Numbered from the stretch's first letter, positions 1 to 14,100 are shown. The stretch: 64,000 nt of DNA from Tubiluchus corallicola (GCA_030141605.1 JAQGDQ010000291.1:229071-293070); one strand, 5' to 3'. Translations and numbers: made by a program. The notes: generated by a model not told the origin, from the sequence alone.

Positions 1-188
1 GCGCCGTTGCCAGTCTTAGTAGATTCACTGAGTCTCGCGTAGCTGTGAAAGTTTAACGAAATTTGAGTATCCGAGGTAATTATTATTTAATCTAAGCTTT
101 GATATAAAATAAGCTATTGTAGTTTTCAATATTTTAGAGCATTTTTATTCTGAACTAATGATTACACAATCAGCCGGTTTTCCTTTAA
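1..188 (-). mobile_element. Kolobok-like MITE family B, copy truncated by the window start
   Basis: Reverse-complement match to 22988-23177; ends CCGGTTTTCCT-TTAA. Confidence 0.8.
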
Positions 189-3100
189 CTTTCCCCGAAA
201 ATTGTTGATTACTGTGGCGGAAAATTTTTACCTACACATTATTTCTTTTGTGTCTTTAAAGTACGTTTTTACATAATTTTCTTTATTTACGTTTAGGTAA
301 CGTTTCATTACTTATTCTGTTGCCAGTTTGTAGTCCACTTATTTCTCCCCTGTCTCTGGTGTTGCCCTCTAATCAATTTACTATGGCTTCTTTTAACTGC
401 ACAACAATGATTGAATCCGTGTGGCTTCTTCACCTGCTTGTTTTTGCGTGATTAGCCTGCATTTTTTTCCAAATGCAATAAAATCAAGCGTGGTGGATGT
501 TAAGTTTTCCCGAACGGATTAGGGCATGTTCACACTTCTTGTTCACATGCGTTCTCGCTTGGTGGTGATCACGATTCAAATATGCCCCATCTAATAAATT
601 GGTTGGTTCAACTTGTTATATTTGGTTGTACCTTTTCAAAAGTTTTCTGAATTCGACTGAAAGACAAGAAGAAGATGAGCAGAGACCACCTAGAGACCTC
701 GTGGGACTGAAAAAATTACATCTTCAATTTCCGCTTTTTCACCGTTTTTAGTTTTGGGTTAGTTGCCGTGTTCTATTTAGTACTACGTATCTACAACCAT
801 TCCCTTTTAACAGTGTATTTTGAGAAAACAAATTCCAACAATAACAATGCACCATTTTCGTGATTCATAAGAGTGTCGTTAGTTCGAAAGGTGGAAAAAA
901 CTATGAAGTTGTCGTTGATCATAAGCTGCATAAGTAGAACAATCAGTCATCAGAAATAGTTATTTTAGTACTTGGCACACCTTGGACATGTTCGTATTCA
1001 TGTTTAGAAGTTATTGCTCTTGGCTGTTAAGGCTGTCGCGCTGTGGTCGCTTATTTAACTTGTCTGAGTTCGATTTGCTTTGTGCTTGCATTTACTGCTA
1101 CAAAGTGTAACAGTGTTGAAGCTGCTTGTGAGAGGGCAACGAAAGGTGAGCGTTTGCTTGGGGAGGTCATTCGCTTAGATGTGTGAAAACTGGGCAAAAC
1201 GTTGCCCTCTTACTGAGAGTTTAGTTACACACAGCACGTACCTCGATTATGCAATATATCCAGCTGGTGTCACGTGCCAAATACGTTGATACGCTCATAT
1301 CTGACGTAACATGAGAGGCCTGTATCTGTCAGTAACTCGGGAACAAATCCGATCGTTTTGTTTTAGACTTCCTACTTGGTCTTTCCAAAACAAGAGACGA
1401 ACACTCATCTAGGTCAAGATAACACGCAGGGAAAGTTATCTTACGCAGTGCGGTCGCCTGCTGTTTCTTCCACGTGGAGCCTCGTTAAGCTGCGTTCGCA
1501 CGTATACCGGAACAACGTCAACGGCATTCTACTGTCGTCCGAATACCTTAATTCTGTCTTACCGTATAGGGTTTAGTCTATTCTGTATATGATTCTTAAC
1601 ATCTATATCTTAACGTTCTACATCTTAAGACAGCTGAAATTTGTGATGAAATGTGACTACAGCTGTTACGTCCAAACATGATAAATACAGATTTGCAGAA
1701 GCTTTTTCTACAGGGTACAGTACGCTAATTGCTGTTTTCATTAATTATGACAGCGTTCTGGTTACGATGCCCAATGCAGGCGCTAAACACAGCAGGTGTG
1801 AACGCATCTCAATGCTGGTGGTGACTGGTGACAAATTTGCATAAGGTCAACGACTGATAACGTGTTATCATCCGTGCCCACATCTCATGTGACCCTGTAG
1901 ATAACGGTGATCACGTGCAGATCCTTGTTTAATTACGTTATTAAACCCTTACTGCGCATGCGCCGTTGTGCCCGTGCATTATCAGTGACTAATTGACTAA
2001 TGACTATAAATGATTAATTATGATAGCTACCTTGGGTGATTTGTCTTATGATCTTTTATGGATTGCATTAGAATCTTGGACATTTTAACATCTATAAGAT
2101 TTCGCAAAGCTTGACAGGAAGGAAATTCACACATGATGTCTTGCATGTGCGATTTATTATTTCAATGTACACGAATTTCCCTTGATTTTCTGGCTACATA
2201 ATGTCTATGCACACTTAGTGTCATTCCACTTACTCAAGTACTGTCCTTTAATTTCTGAGAGTTTTATTTTTGGACTGTGATCAATTGGAACTGTTGTTTT
2301 TTTATTCTGACTAATCATCCTTTCAATCTTTTATGGTTTTCTTATCTTCTTATTATAACTTTGTCAAACGACTTCAGCATTTCTACTCCCTTGTATATAA
2401 TCTCTGTGGTTTAGTATACAACTTTCCAATGGACTCGATTACTTCTGTATCTTTCTTTTTTATTCTGTATATGTAGCGTTTTCAAGTTTAATTTGAACTG
2501 AGCTTTCAGTATTGCAACACGCTAAATGTTTAAATTTTCATGTTTTCCATGTTCATGATCAATATGGATAATTGTGTATTGAGTTAATTGGACGCACCTT
2601 TAGCTTCATTGGGTGAATTTGCTTTTTGTTAGGCTTTACGCAGTCTGCTGAGCTTTAAGCTAATAGAAGAATCTTCCTTTTACCAAATCTGCTGTCGTCC
2701 TTTACGTAATCGCCACCAATTTCCTCATCATGGTTACGCCCACATGCATCTAGTCTTGTTCTTTTGCAGCAATTAGGAAATTATGGTTGCGGTTATTCAA
2801 GCTGAATCTTACGTCCTTGAAAACTAAGCCGTAATGATTCGGTAAGCTGACCCAACGACATCGAGTGTCCTTGCTCAAACGATCAGCTGTTTGCTTGTTG
2901 GTATTTTACACCCCAAGGTTGTATATACGTTTGCTCTACTCGCTGAACGCCCATTGTGGAACCTGGGAGCGGTGGAGGCGGTAGGGCTGCAGCTCTCGTG
3001 TCTCTCTTCCTGCCACATTTAGGGCGACGGGGGAGGAGCCACGACCAGTTTCGCCTGATCTTGTGTTCCCCAAACAGCTTTGTGCTTTTCTTCCAGAACG

Positions 3101-3292
3101 TAGCGCTGGGATTAGCACTGGAGCATGTTATAGGGCGAAGTTCTGGGTGTAGGCGAAGTTCAAGCTTTATGTTTCGAGTCTCGTGCTCTACACATTAGAA
3201 AACTAATTGCGTAATGATTTGAACAAAGAGATTCTCGAAAGGAGAAGTCAGCAAGGAGGCTGTGAGACGCTAGTGTGGTGCCAGGCTGTGTA

Positions 3293-3335
3293 ATGCTGAA
3301 CATGATTCTGCAGATCAACGAAAATGCTTGTTTAG
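3293..3335 (+). other. Possible upstream first coding exon of ATOSA (MLNMILQINENACL-G)
   Basis: ATG-initiated segment ending G|gtaatt in phase 1. This matches the phase-1 acceptor before 10991 (GT ACG CCG GAA ATG) and lies after a GC-rich patch at about 2960-3050. No homology support. Confidence 0.3.
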
Positions 3336-5750
3336 GTAATTCAATAATTCATGTCTACGTCACTTGATCTTGTGTACATATCTTGATTAATTTCATATAT
3401 TATGATATCCGCATTATTGTTATCTTAATAATTCGAAGCCTGATGCGAATTTGTGTAAAAGCATGTAGACGCTTTTTTCTAAACTTATCAATGAATTCAT
3501 AAATGTAATACAATGAATGCATGTAAATGTACATGTTTCCAGGTTCAACTCCTTTCTGAGACAAAATTTTTCAGTATATTTATTTATTTTCGTTCGTTCA
3601 CCAGTTTCTAGGTTTAGGTCATTCAACGTAAGTTTCATAGTTTAAAATTGTTGTTGATTTGTCATGATTAACAATTGATATTAATTATTGTAATGATTTT
3701 CGTCGTTAATGTTCTATCTTTCTTATTTTAGTTGCCATTATTATTGTAGCGAAATTGCTGCAAAACTTCGCGTGAAAGTATTTTACATTTAAGTTATAAC
3801 TTGTCACGATTAAAAAATTGGCTTTTCTAGTTCTTGAAACAAGTGCCGTCACAGAAAAATGATGGTGTGGGCTTGGTGCTTCATTTCCTTATATTTTCTT
3901 TTCCCTTCCTCTCTTTGACGCATAGGATATGCATAACACCGACTACTTACTCGTGAGCTATGTATTATTCATAAAACAACGCCTACATGGTCATGTATAC
4001 AGAGATAATAAACGTAAAAGGTAGATATAATATATGTGCTGTTTACGGGCATTTATATTGAATAGTCACCTACTAACGATCCCCCATTGGTTTAGTTTGT
4101 CAGAAACGTAAAGCCATTTGTAAATAGGTTTTTACAAAAGTTAATCGCGCTTTCATTGATCTTGGCTACCATTGATCGTAGGATCATATATACACAGCCA
4201 GCGCAGCGAATATTGGGGTGTGCGAATAATTCTACAGTCTTTACACACGAGAAAGTGAAATTTTTGGATGGTACAGCACTGTGTTTACCATCTATAAACA
4301 CTACGTGGGACGTACGCGCTTGCCCGACATAACTGTGCAATGCGGGAACTGCATACCGCCTCATTATGTACCATAGCAGCATTGCGGTACACATTAAGAC
4401 GGTCTGCGGTGCACCTGCAGTACACGGGACTGTCCAGCATGTCCCACGTGGTGTGGCAACAAATATAACAGCCCGAGACCTTGATTATGCGTTTTTTAGA
4501 TACTGGACACAATTACTGTGGATTTTTGTTTTGTCTTTTCTCCAGTAGGTAGCAGCGAAGCGTTGACTTCAAACATTTTTCAAATTTCTTAAACACTGTT
4601 TCGCCGTTTCACTGTCATGGCGGCTTACATTGATCACCGGACTCACAGTGTAATGGTATAGTTCCTGTAAAGTCATCTCGCTTTCCGTGAAAAACTACGG
4701 TTTGCAGCTCCGCCCACATTTAGCCACCAACATGCCGTGCTCTTTTGCAGAGAAATACAATCTTACTATCGCAGTTACCATAAGATTAATGTTCAATATT
4801 TCGTAAACGTAATCAACTGAGTTGAGTTTTTATGGAAATCATAATTAATTCTACATTTTTTCCGCAAATTCTGCAATTTTGAAGGATAAGTGCTGTAAAA
4901 ACAGCACAGAAAAGGATAAACAGGTTGAATAGAGCTATTCATAACCAAGTGGATGAATAAACTGTCTAACATTTATACATATAAACATTTATATTCGCGA
5001 TCTAAAAACCAAGTAAAGTTTAAAGCCACTAATTGAAAATTAACCGTATTAATACAATTAAATTAGTCCAGATAAATCTGCGACTGTGCGAATTTCTGAA
5101 TCAGAGCTCACTAATGAACTTACTGTGCTATCAAGTAATCAGTGGAAATTGTGTAATGAAGCATTATTGGTACAACAATCAATACACTTCACTGTTGCAC
5201 AAATTTTATTAACTGGCTTCTGCTTAATTAATCCCAACTTATTGACGTGCGCTCGCCAGACTTCTGCTATCCAAGAATTATAAGGGGCTAGTCCGGCAGG
5301 ATACGGGCACTTAAAAGTAGTTTCCTTTTGAGCAGGTTGTTTCTTTCTGCTATTCTTGGGCTTGCGGGAGTAGCCACATCCTTTCCTCTTTGTGGAAGTG
5401 GCGACAGCTGTTCATTTGGTTCCTCCTTTATGTTTTCGGTTCTCAATAACATCGGGGAGGAACGAACGCTTTTTCTATTACGTTCTAATGGCAGATTGCT
5501 ATTATAAAAAAGGTGTATCCACCCTTCTTGTAAATTTTCGAATTTTTATCATGATTAGGACGTTGGTCACTGGCGAGTCTGAACTTCGAAAACAAATTTC
5601 TGTAGCTTTTTAAAGTTAATTTTTAAAAAAAACTCGTATTTGTGTCAAGCATACAGCAATATTACTTTGGTGTTTTGCATTGTTGTCATCAAGTGTCATT
5701 CTCGTGTCACCTGCGATTCGATGTGTTTCGTGAGAACAGTTCGTCGCTTG

Positions 5751-6296
5751 TTAAAGGAAAGAACAAGTCACTCAATATATTTGGTTTATTTTTCTGTTAT
5801 CACTTAAACTTAGAAAAATATAACAAAAAATTGCAAAGAACTGCCTGTAAAGCTTAAATTTAGAATACACTACTTATGAATGGAAATTGTGAGGCGTGGT
5901 GGTTGCCGCCATTCACTTGAAAATCATGACGTAACTGGGGACTTCGTGACTTTCCGTGAGCGAGTCGTGGCTTTCCGTAAGTGCGTTAACCTAGTTCAAA
6001 CTTGTGCAGCTTGCCTAATGCTGACGCAAAAATAGCTATCCATTTTTTTGTAAAAACTTGTTATGCTTTTGATGAAGGTTGACTGAGCGCTACTTTTCTT
6101 CAAGACGAATGACGTCATTGGTGGAAGAATGGGCATTGAAAGTGGGACCGCCCAAGCATGAAGTGATCGCAACTGTAAATAGATTTTTCTAGTTACACGA
6201 GGCGCTTATTGCAGTTTTATTACTAAATCCTTCTAACATTTTTCACGAACATTGAAATAAGCCCTAGCGTCCTAGAAGTGTTGAATTTTCCTTTAA
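5751..6296 (+). mobile_element. Kolobok-like MITE family A, copy 1
   Basis: TTAA-AGGAAAGAACAAGTC ... TTTTCCT-TTAA; internal blocks CCATTCACTTGAAAATCATGACGTAACTGG and TGACGTCATTGGTGGAA are shared with four other copies. Confidence 0.8.
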
Positions 6297-6915
6297 GAGA
6301 AAACTCTGATAGAAACATAGATACATTGAAATAAGCCCTAACTTCCTAGAAGTGTTGACCTTTCCTTTAAGAGAAAACTCTGATAGAAACATAGGTACAT
6401 TGAAATAAGCCCCAACCTCCTAGAAGTGTTGACCTTTCCTTTAAGAGAAAACTCTGATAGAAACATAAATACATTGAAATAAGCCCTAACTTCCTAGAAG
6501 TGTTGACCTTTCCTTTAAGAGAAAACTCTGATAGAAACATAGATACATTGAAATAAGCCCTGACATCCTAGAAGTGTTGATCTTTCCTTTAAGAGAAAAC
6601 TCTGATAGAAACATAGATACATTGAAATAAGCCCTAACCTCCTAGAAGTGTTGACCTTTCCTTTAAGAGAAAACTCTGATAGAAACATAGATACATTGAA
6701 ATAAGCCCTAACCTCCTAGAAGTGTTGACCTTTCCTTTAAGAGAAAACTCTGATAGAAACATAGATACATTGAAATAAGCCCTAACCTCCTAGAAGTGTT
6801 GACTTTTCCTTTAAGAGAAAACTCGGATAGAAACATAGATACATTGAAATAAGCCCTAACCTCCTAGAAGTGTTGACCTTTCCTTTAAGAGAAAACTCTG
6901 ATAGAAACATAGATA
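6250..6915. repeat. 74-bp minisatellite, 9 copies
   Basis: CATTGAAATAAGCCC units start at 6250, 6324, ... 6842. Confidence 0.95.
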
Positions 6916-9401
6916 CCATTGAGCAAAATGCTCAACTCACTAGTATGCGTGTATGGGTGTGGCACCGTAACATTCCGGGTTGTGTTGCGTAACATGACAG
7001 ATTAGGGCAAACTGGTACTGAATAAGTTAGTTATGCAATTCAAAGTAAAATCTATGCGAGTCAGAACGTTCTTTTTCCTTTATGTTAATATTGAGTGAAA
7101 TTTCCTCCAGGGCGCTGACTAAACTTCGACGCTATTACACATAAATGTCATTTTGTGAACATTTTTCAAGTCGTTGACAGCTGATAGTTGTGTATTCATC
7201 TACGGCGCTTGTTCTCATGGTTGAAGTTTTCTCTTTTATCAGAAGTTCGATGAGGTGTCGTATGAGGTTATTGGCCAACCTAGTTTTTAATGATTTAAAT
7301 ACTACTGTTTGTAAAGCGATCTGCACTTTTTACAGACTGCGTTGCTCACTACTGGAAATTTTCCAGTAGAAAATCATTTTCCATTTTCATCAAACGCTTG
7401 CAGCAGACCAAAATTCTATCGACCATCGACTCTTGGGTATTCTGGGATGCATTCCGCGTTTAATAAGTGAGTTAATTTACTGTAGATGTGCTATAACGAG
7501 TGATTCGATAAAACAACCGCTGCGTTGGCTATTCCTGAAACACTGCTGATTCATCAGTTTATTTAAGCAAATTAAGTCGACCCGAACAACTCGCAATTAT
7601 GAATCATTAACCTCATTTTTGTCGCAGTTTTGCAATATTCATTTTGTAAAGGATACATTTAAACTGAATTGTTGGAGAAATTTGCGATTCTTGTTGATTA
7701 AAAGGCCAGACGTAACCTGCAAGCACGAAATGGTACAGCCAGCACACCTCCTGCAAATCCTGTTTGGGGTAACAGGAGCTCCAAGGAAGCAGAGAAAGGG
7801 TTACCAGCGTACGAAGTTGGTAAACATGCTGTCAGCTGAACTTCTGGGGGCAGAATATAGATGAAGTATATACTTGACTTTCTATATATAATGCAACAGC
7901 GCAAGCTGTAAAACCAAAACAAGATTTAAATGTCGTTAGCATTTTAATTTGATATTTCTTCTAATTTTTAACATTTAAAGAAAGAAAATAGCTATAACTT
8001 CTTTACTGGAAACCAGTTTTTGTTTACTTAAACGTTCCACCGAATTAAAAATCTATTGCCAATTTTAGTTTGCCAAAAGCATCAAATTTGTGTCAATGAG
8101 GGCATTTCGAACTGCTGAACGTACGTTTAAACGTTCAAGGTAGACCAGTTAGCGCGGAAAATCAATTACATGTAATATTTTTGTGCGAACGTTTAAACCC
8201 TGTATCATTAAATCATTTACTGCAGACGAGTGCACGTTTAGCGTTCCGGTTGAGGCTGTATAACTTGCTGTACATGACTAAACCCCAGCTGATAAGCATG
8301 GCGTACTGTACCACGAGTATTGAGCTGTGCTGTACAATATGTACAGTGCTACGCCTGACCTTATTATTATAGTAATTGGTGCAATATTCGATCCTTCAAA
8401 AAAGCTGATGTTCATTTGCGTGGCATCGTAAAAACGAACGATGTCGGAACATTATGTGTCATCTAGTTTTACGATACATAAAATTCACAGTATGTGGAGG
8501 AAGGTAATAAACTGAATTTTATTATGGGCCAACGACTAGGTTTTATCATTCACAGGAGTTATGTCACGAAAAAACTGAAAACAGCTTAACACTTGCCATT
8601 ATGAATTATTAACATTCTTCGATACTAGATTTTCGATATTTCGGTGCAGTAACGTTTGCTATTCTTCTAAATTTATCAAATTGTGATTGCGGGTATAATA
8701 AAAATTAATGGAACAAAGCAGCTAGTAGCTTACATTAAACTGAAATATTCTTAAAATGAATACTAAAAACACCAAACGTATAATTGCACAGTGTCATCAT
8801 TTCATATGTTGTCATGAACTTTGAATGGTCGCGACCGCTGTATATTTGTGTTGATCATAAAAGTTTTCTTTTCTCTGTGTTGTTATGACCCTTTAAGATT
8901 TTCATTCTTCGCTACAGCTTAATGTAAACTTGCAAAAAATACGCCTGATACAATCGGATGTATCTAGGTAAACGAGGCGTCTCTAGAAGTTCGATATTAA
9001 TCTTTAGGAAGAAGACAGGTGTGTGTGTGTATAACACGGAACAACGCGTTGGCAAATACGGGGCAGCTCACTGTCATAGCAACGTAATTTCACTGATAAC
9101 ATTACCTTTGTGTGTCATGATTCTCAAGGGCTGGGTGTTTATTGATAAAGAATATGTTTATTGTGTTTTAGTCATTACCCGACCGTCCATTTTGAGACGA
9201 TGGGTCACACAGTGTAATAGAAGTTTGGTTTTGCTTTGTTTTGTCACCATATTCTTCAAATCTTGTGTACTAACCTTGATTGGTTAAATCATAATTTTAT
9301 ATTATAGACAGTGGTACGTGATATCTCTCGTGCTAGGCTTTCGAGCTGTGGCACCGTCCTGCATATTTATGCATACTTCTGTGTACATAATAAAAGACTT
9401 G

Positions 9402-9465
9402 TCATCGTCATCATCATCATCGTCGTCGTCATCATCATCATCGTCGTCGTCATCATCATCGTCAT
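9402..9465. repeat. (TCA/TCG)n microsatellite
   Basis: Seen directly in the sequence. Confidence 0.9.
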
Positions 9466-11001
9466 TCACAAGGAAAGGAAAGCATCATAAGTTTGTGCCT
9501 ATTATCGCGGCTGATAATTTCGGTATCATTTCTCAGCCTCTGGTACATTTGCCATAAATCTACATTTTGCCCAGAGTTCTAAATTGATATAGATGTCATG
9601 ATTATCGCGCTCGTAAATGTGCAGAAAAATGCGCCATTCGTCTTTTTTCAACATTTATCATTTTGCGGAAACGTCAGAAGGTTGTAGTGGAATAATTTGC
9701 GAGTTGCAATTTCATTTTTCCCTTATAACTAGTATTTTTTTTCAGAATTTCACTTTCACTGGCATTTTAACTTACTTTTTTGTTTTAAGTGAAGGAATCG
9801 TCTTGTAATGGAATACGAGTTTGTATATACAATTCCTCCCCGCCTCCTACCCTGCAGGTTGCAGTGGGTGAGATTAGGTGGCAGCCAAAGCTTGGGAGAT
9901 CGATTGTTCGGTTACTGCGGTACAACAGCTATTTTTAGACGCCAACAAAAAAGGGATATTTTTCCTAGCTCTCAGCGTTAAAAAGTGAACTACATTGGCG
10001 TCCGTGGGATAATAGCTAAAAGTGGCGTCGGTTTGGAGGAAGAAATTGGTTAAAACTGAGCAAAAAAACGAGCTTATGCTTTGGAGGCTGTGTCTTGATG
10101 GTTGTGAGTTGAATCGAGTTGTTTGGATTAGAGTTACATATAAAGTTCATTGTTTTCTGAATGTAAATGTAATATGGTACATTAGATTGCTGTTATTATG
10201 AACAGTAATTCTATTAATCGAGATGATCGAGAGCAAAATATACGTGTTACACACCGAGTAAAAAGGAAGTGTTTTAGCACAAATGAACGAAATCTGTACA
10301 TTTTTTCTTTGTTTTTCTCGACTTATCCAAAATATTGTCGCAAGAGATTAATCGTGATATCGAATTACAAGAACACTGTATAATCGAATTATATAATTTC
10401 AAAATCGCCCATCACTAGCTGTTTGACGTTCTAAACTGCTTGCTAGTGAAAGAAAATACTTTACCATAACTTTTGAGAAACTATTCAAACCGACGGGGTT
10501 TCGCATGAATAATTACTGGCAGTAAAATTACCAAGCACACGCTAACGTTTTTATCGCTTTTTTCTTTTTTACAATTAAAGCGTAGCGACGTACATTTTGC
10601 TTTGCTGTGTATATGTATGTATCACAAGAGTTCGTTGGCGCTAGTGTCAATGTTTAGCTGTAGTGGATTTAATTCATAATGTCAGTCAAAGCCGACTAAG
10701 GAAAGCTTTCCAATGTCGTACAGCCTGCAGCAAAAACGAGTTATTCTGCGCAAAGCCGCAAAAACGAATTTCGTTTCTTGATTTCTAAAGTGGGTTTCGC
10801 ATTTCGTAGATCATATTACTTAGTTTTATTTGCCAGGATTCTTTAGAGATGTTTGACGTTTCTCAAAATGAGTTGATAACGTGCAATAGCAGTTTCTGAC
10901 TACGCACCCATGGACTTACGTTACTAACGGGCACGCATGCTTAATCGATGACGTCACCGGATGCTCATTGTTAGTTTGTTTTCCTCCCAGGTACGCCGGA
11001 A

Positions 11002-11178
11002 ATGCAACTGGACGTGAGGGAGCCTCTAGACTTGTTTTGTGACTTCGCCATGCTTGTTGTGGAGAGCCGGGTTCCTTCCTACACATCCAGCGGACACACT
11101 TCCGGTCCACATTGTCCGTCGCTAGATGGCACTGTGGTGGAGACTGCACACGAAACATGTAGTCGACAAGATAAAATG
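11002..11178 (+). CDS. ATOSA: ATOSA coding exon 1
   Basis: Acceptor ttcctcccag ends at 10990, ATG at 11002, MQLDVREPLDLFCDFAMLVVESRVP...PHCP...CSRQDKM, donor GTAGGT at 11179. The true start may lie in an upstream exon. Confidence 0.85.
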
Positions 11179-14100
11179 GTAGGTTTTGAGCCTGTTAGTT
11201 TATCCTAAGTACATTATTTATGTTGTAGTCTGTTGTTAGACCACGACACTTTGCTGTTGTGGCACTTAGGCATGTGTGTACAGCAAAAATTTTCATAACT
11301 AATGGTAGATTCGTTCTGTTTTTGTGCTTTATGTATGAGAACGCATGAACTACTCCCATTGGTCCAAATTGACCGCTGCAACGTGAAGAAGATTTGTAAG
11401 TGCCCGTATATATTGTGCGGCCATGGTAAAAATCCACTGTTGGATCTACCCTTTTGTAGTCAACGCCGTCGTTGTCGTCATAACTGCGTGCAGGGATTAT
11501 GTACATAGACTCAAGGTTGCTATGGTGGCTATGTTTGCTATGATTGTATGGTCACACTGTGTTATTAATAATAAACTACATGTACATTGTACAGTGTGTT
11601 TGCAAAACGAAACATACATATCGCACAGGCGGTTGAATGTGAACTGACCTTATCAACCAAGTGTTCAAGCGTTAAATGATTGTGCTTAGCGGTTAAAAAG
11701 TTATTGGTCTGAAGAGCTAAACTCTAAATTATGCACGTGTTGGCGGATGAGAGTTGTGGCTAGGATAACCTGTATTACGCCAGAATTCCTAGAAGAACCT
11801 GGAATTCTCATTAGGTGTTGTGTTAACTGTAGTTTCGATCTGCCAGCCTGCATTTCCTGATACCTAGGTGTTTATATCATCATATGAATTAATTTCGCCT
11901 GTCAGTTGAATGCTAGCGATAAATTAATTTCGCCTGATGTATTGATGATAAATATTCATTATAGACAAGGAATTGTATAGTGCCTTTTGAAAAATGAAAC
12001 CTAACATGCATTATAATTATGTCCTCGAGCGTACGTGTCTATCTGCTTTAAAAGAAGGGACTAGTCACTCAGCATGTTGGGTTTATTTTACTGTTATCAC
12101 TTAAACTTAGAAAAATATGGCAAAGAAATTTGACAAAAAACATGCTATAAAACATGAAATTAATTTAAATTAGCACTGCATAGAGAAAATGCTAGTTGTC
12201 ATTCACTTGAAAATTATGACGTAACTGGTGGACTTCCACCAGGGGACTTTTTATAACCGCATCATGGTTTTTCGTAACCTCGCTCTCCTTAAACTAATTC
12301 AAACTTCTGCATCATATCTAATTGTAAAATTCAGAAGTTGTGTTTATACGAAAATACAACAAGCTTAGTTATCTAATTTTTTGTAACACTGAATGACGTC
12401 ATTGGTGGAAGAATGGGTTCAAAATGGAAGCACCCAGGCGTGAAGTGATCACAACTTTTAATTAATTTTACTAATTACACGAGGCGCATATCACACCTTT
12501 GATACCCAAATCCTTCTAATATTTTTTGCTAATATTGAATGATTTCCCAGAAGGCTTGGTCGTTCCTTCATGATAATTTTCGTAAGATAAATACCGGATA
12601 AACAACTGTATGCACAGGTTTACTACTGTGCAAATCAGAAAGTTACTTTCTCACAATTTGTTTCGCAATCTGAAAATCCGTGCTCTTGTTTGCGGCATTT
12701 ATATCTGTGGGAATGTGATTCCCCCCTGAAAAATTAATGACTAACCCCTGACACATTAGCTGCTTTACGTCACCCCACTGGAGAACTTAATGGACTAACC
12801 CTTGGCACACTAGCTGCTTTACTGTACCCCCCGTGGAGAACTTAATGGACTAACCCTTGACACACTAGCTGCTTTACTGTAACCCCCCTGGAGAACTTAA
12901 TGGACTAACCCTTGACACACTAGCTGCTTTACTGTACCCCCCTGGAGAACTTAATGGACTAACCCTTGACACACTAGCTGCTTTACTGTACCCCCCTGGA
13001 GAACTTAATGGACTAACCCTTGACACACTAGCTGCTTTACTATACCCCCGTGGAGAACTTAATGGACTAACCCTTGACACACTAGCTGCTTTACTGTAAC
13101 CCCCCTGGAGAACTTAATGGACTAACCCTTGACACACTAGCTGCTTTACTGTACCCCCCTGGAGAACTTAATGGACTAACCCTTGACACACTAGCTGCTT
13201 TACTGTACCCCCCTGGAGAACTTAATGGACTAACCCTTGACACACTAGCTGCTTTACTGTACCCCCCTGGAGAACTTAATGGACTAACCCTTGACACACT
13301 AGCTGCTTTACTGTACCCCCCGTGGAGAACTTAATGGACTAACCCTTGACACACTAGCTGCTTTACTGTAACCCCCTGGAGAACTTAATGGACTAACCCT
13401 TGACACACTAGCTGCTTTACTGTACCCCCCTGGAGAACTTAATGGACTAACCCTTGACACACTATCTGCTTTACTGTACCCCCCTGGAGAACTTAATGGA
13501 CTAACCCTTGACACACTAGCTGCTTTACTGTACCCCCCTGGAGAACTTAATGGACTAACCCTTGACACACTAGCTGCTTTACTGTACCCCCCTGGAGAAC
13601 TTAATGGACTAACCCTTGACACACTAGCTGCTTTACTGTACCCCCGTGGAGAACTTAATGGACTAACCCTTGACACACTAGCTGCTTTACTGTAACCCCC
13701 CTGGAGAACTTAATGGACTAACCCTTGACACACTAGCTGCTTCACTGTACCCCCTGGAGAACTTAATGGACTAACCCTTGACACACTATCTGCTTTACTG
13801 TACCCCCCTGGGTTTGGTTTGTTTGTTTTGTTGGGTTTGGTTTGTGTGTTTTGTTGGGACTTAATGGACTAACCCTTGACACACTAGCTGTTTTGTCTTG
13901 AGAACTTAATGGACTAACCCTTGACACACTAGCTGCTTTACTGTACCCCCCTGGAGAACTTAATGGACTAACCCTTGACACACTAGCTGCTTTACTATAT
14001 ATCACCATAAATTTTTCGCTGTAAATAATAAATAATTATCACATTTAATGTGACTGTCATTTTTGTATTGGTTTGACAGCTGACCGTGCAGCGAAATGAA

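Noticed and set aside
10200-10418. Possible hAT-like MITE end (AATCGCCCATCACTAG with AATCG subrepeats)
   Set aside because: No matching opposite terminus or target duplication could be identified.
12874-14008. Minus-strand ORFs with SRVSPLSSPGGYSKAASV repeats
   Set aside because: Product of a 54-bp intronic minisatellite whose unit is a multiple of 3; the frame is broken by 1-nt slips and there are no unique coding flanks.
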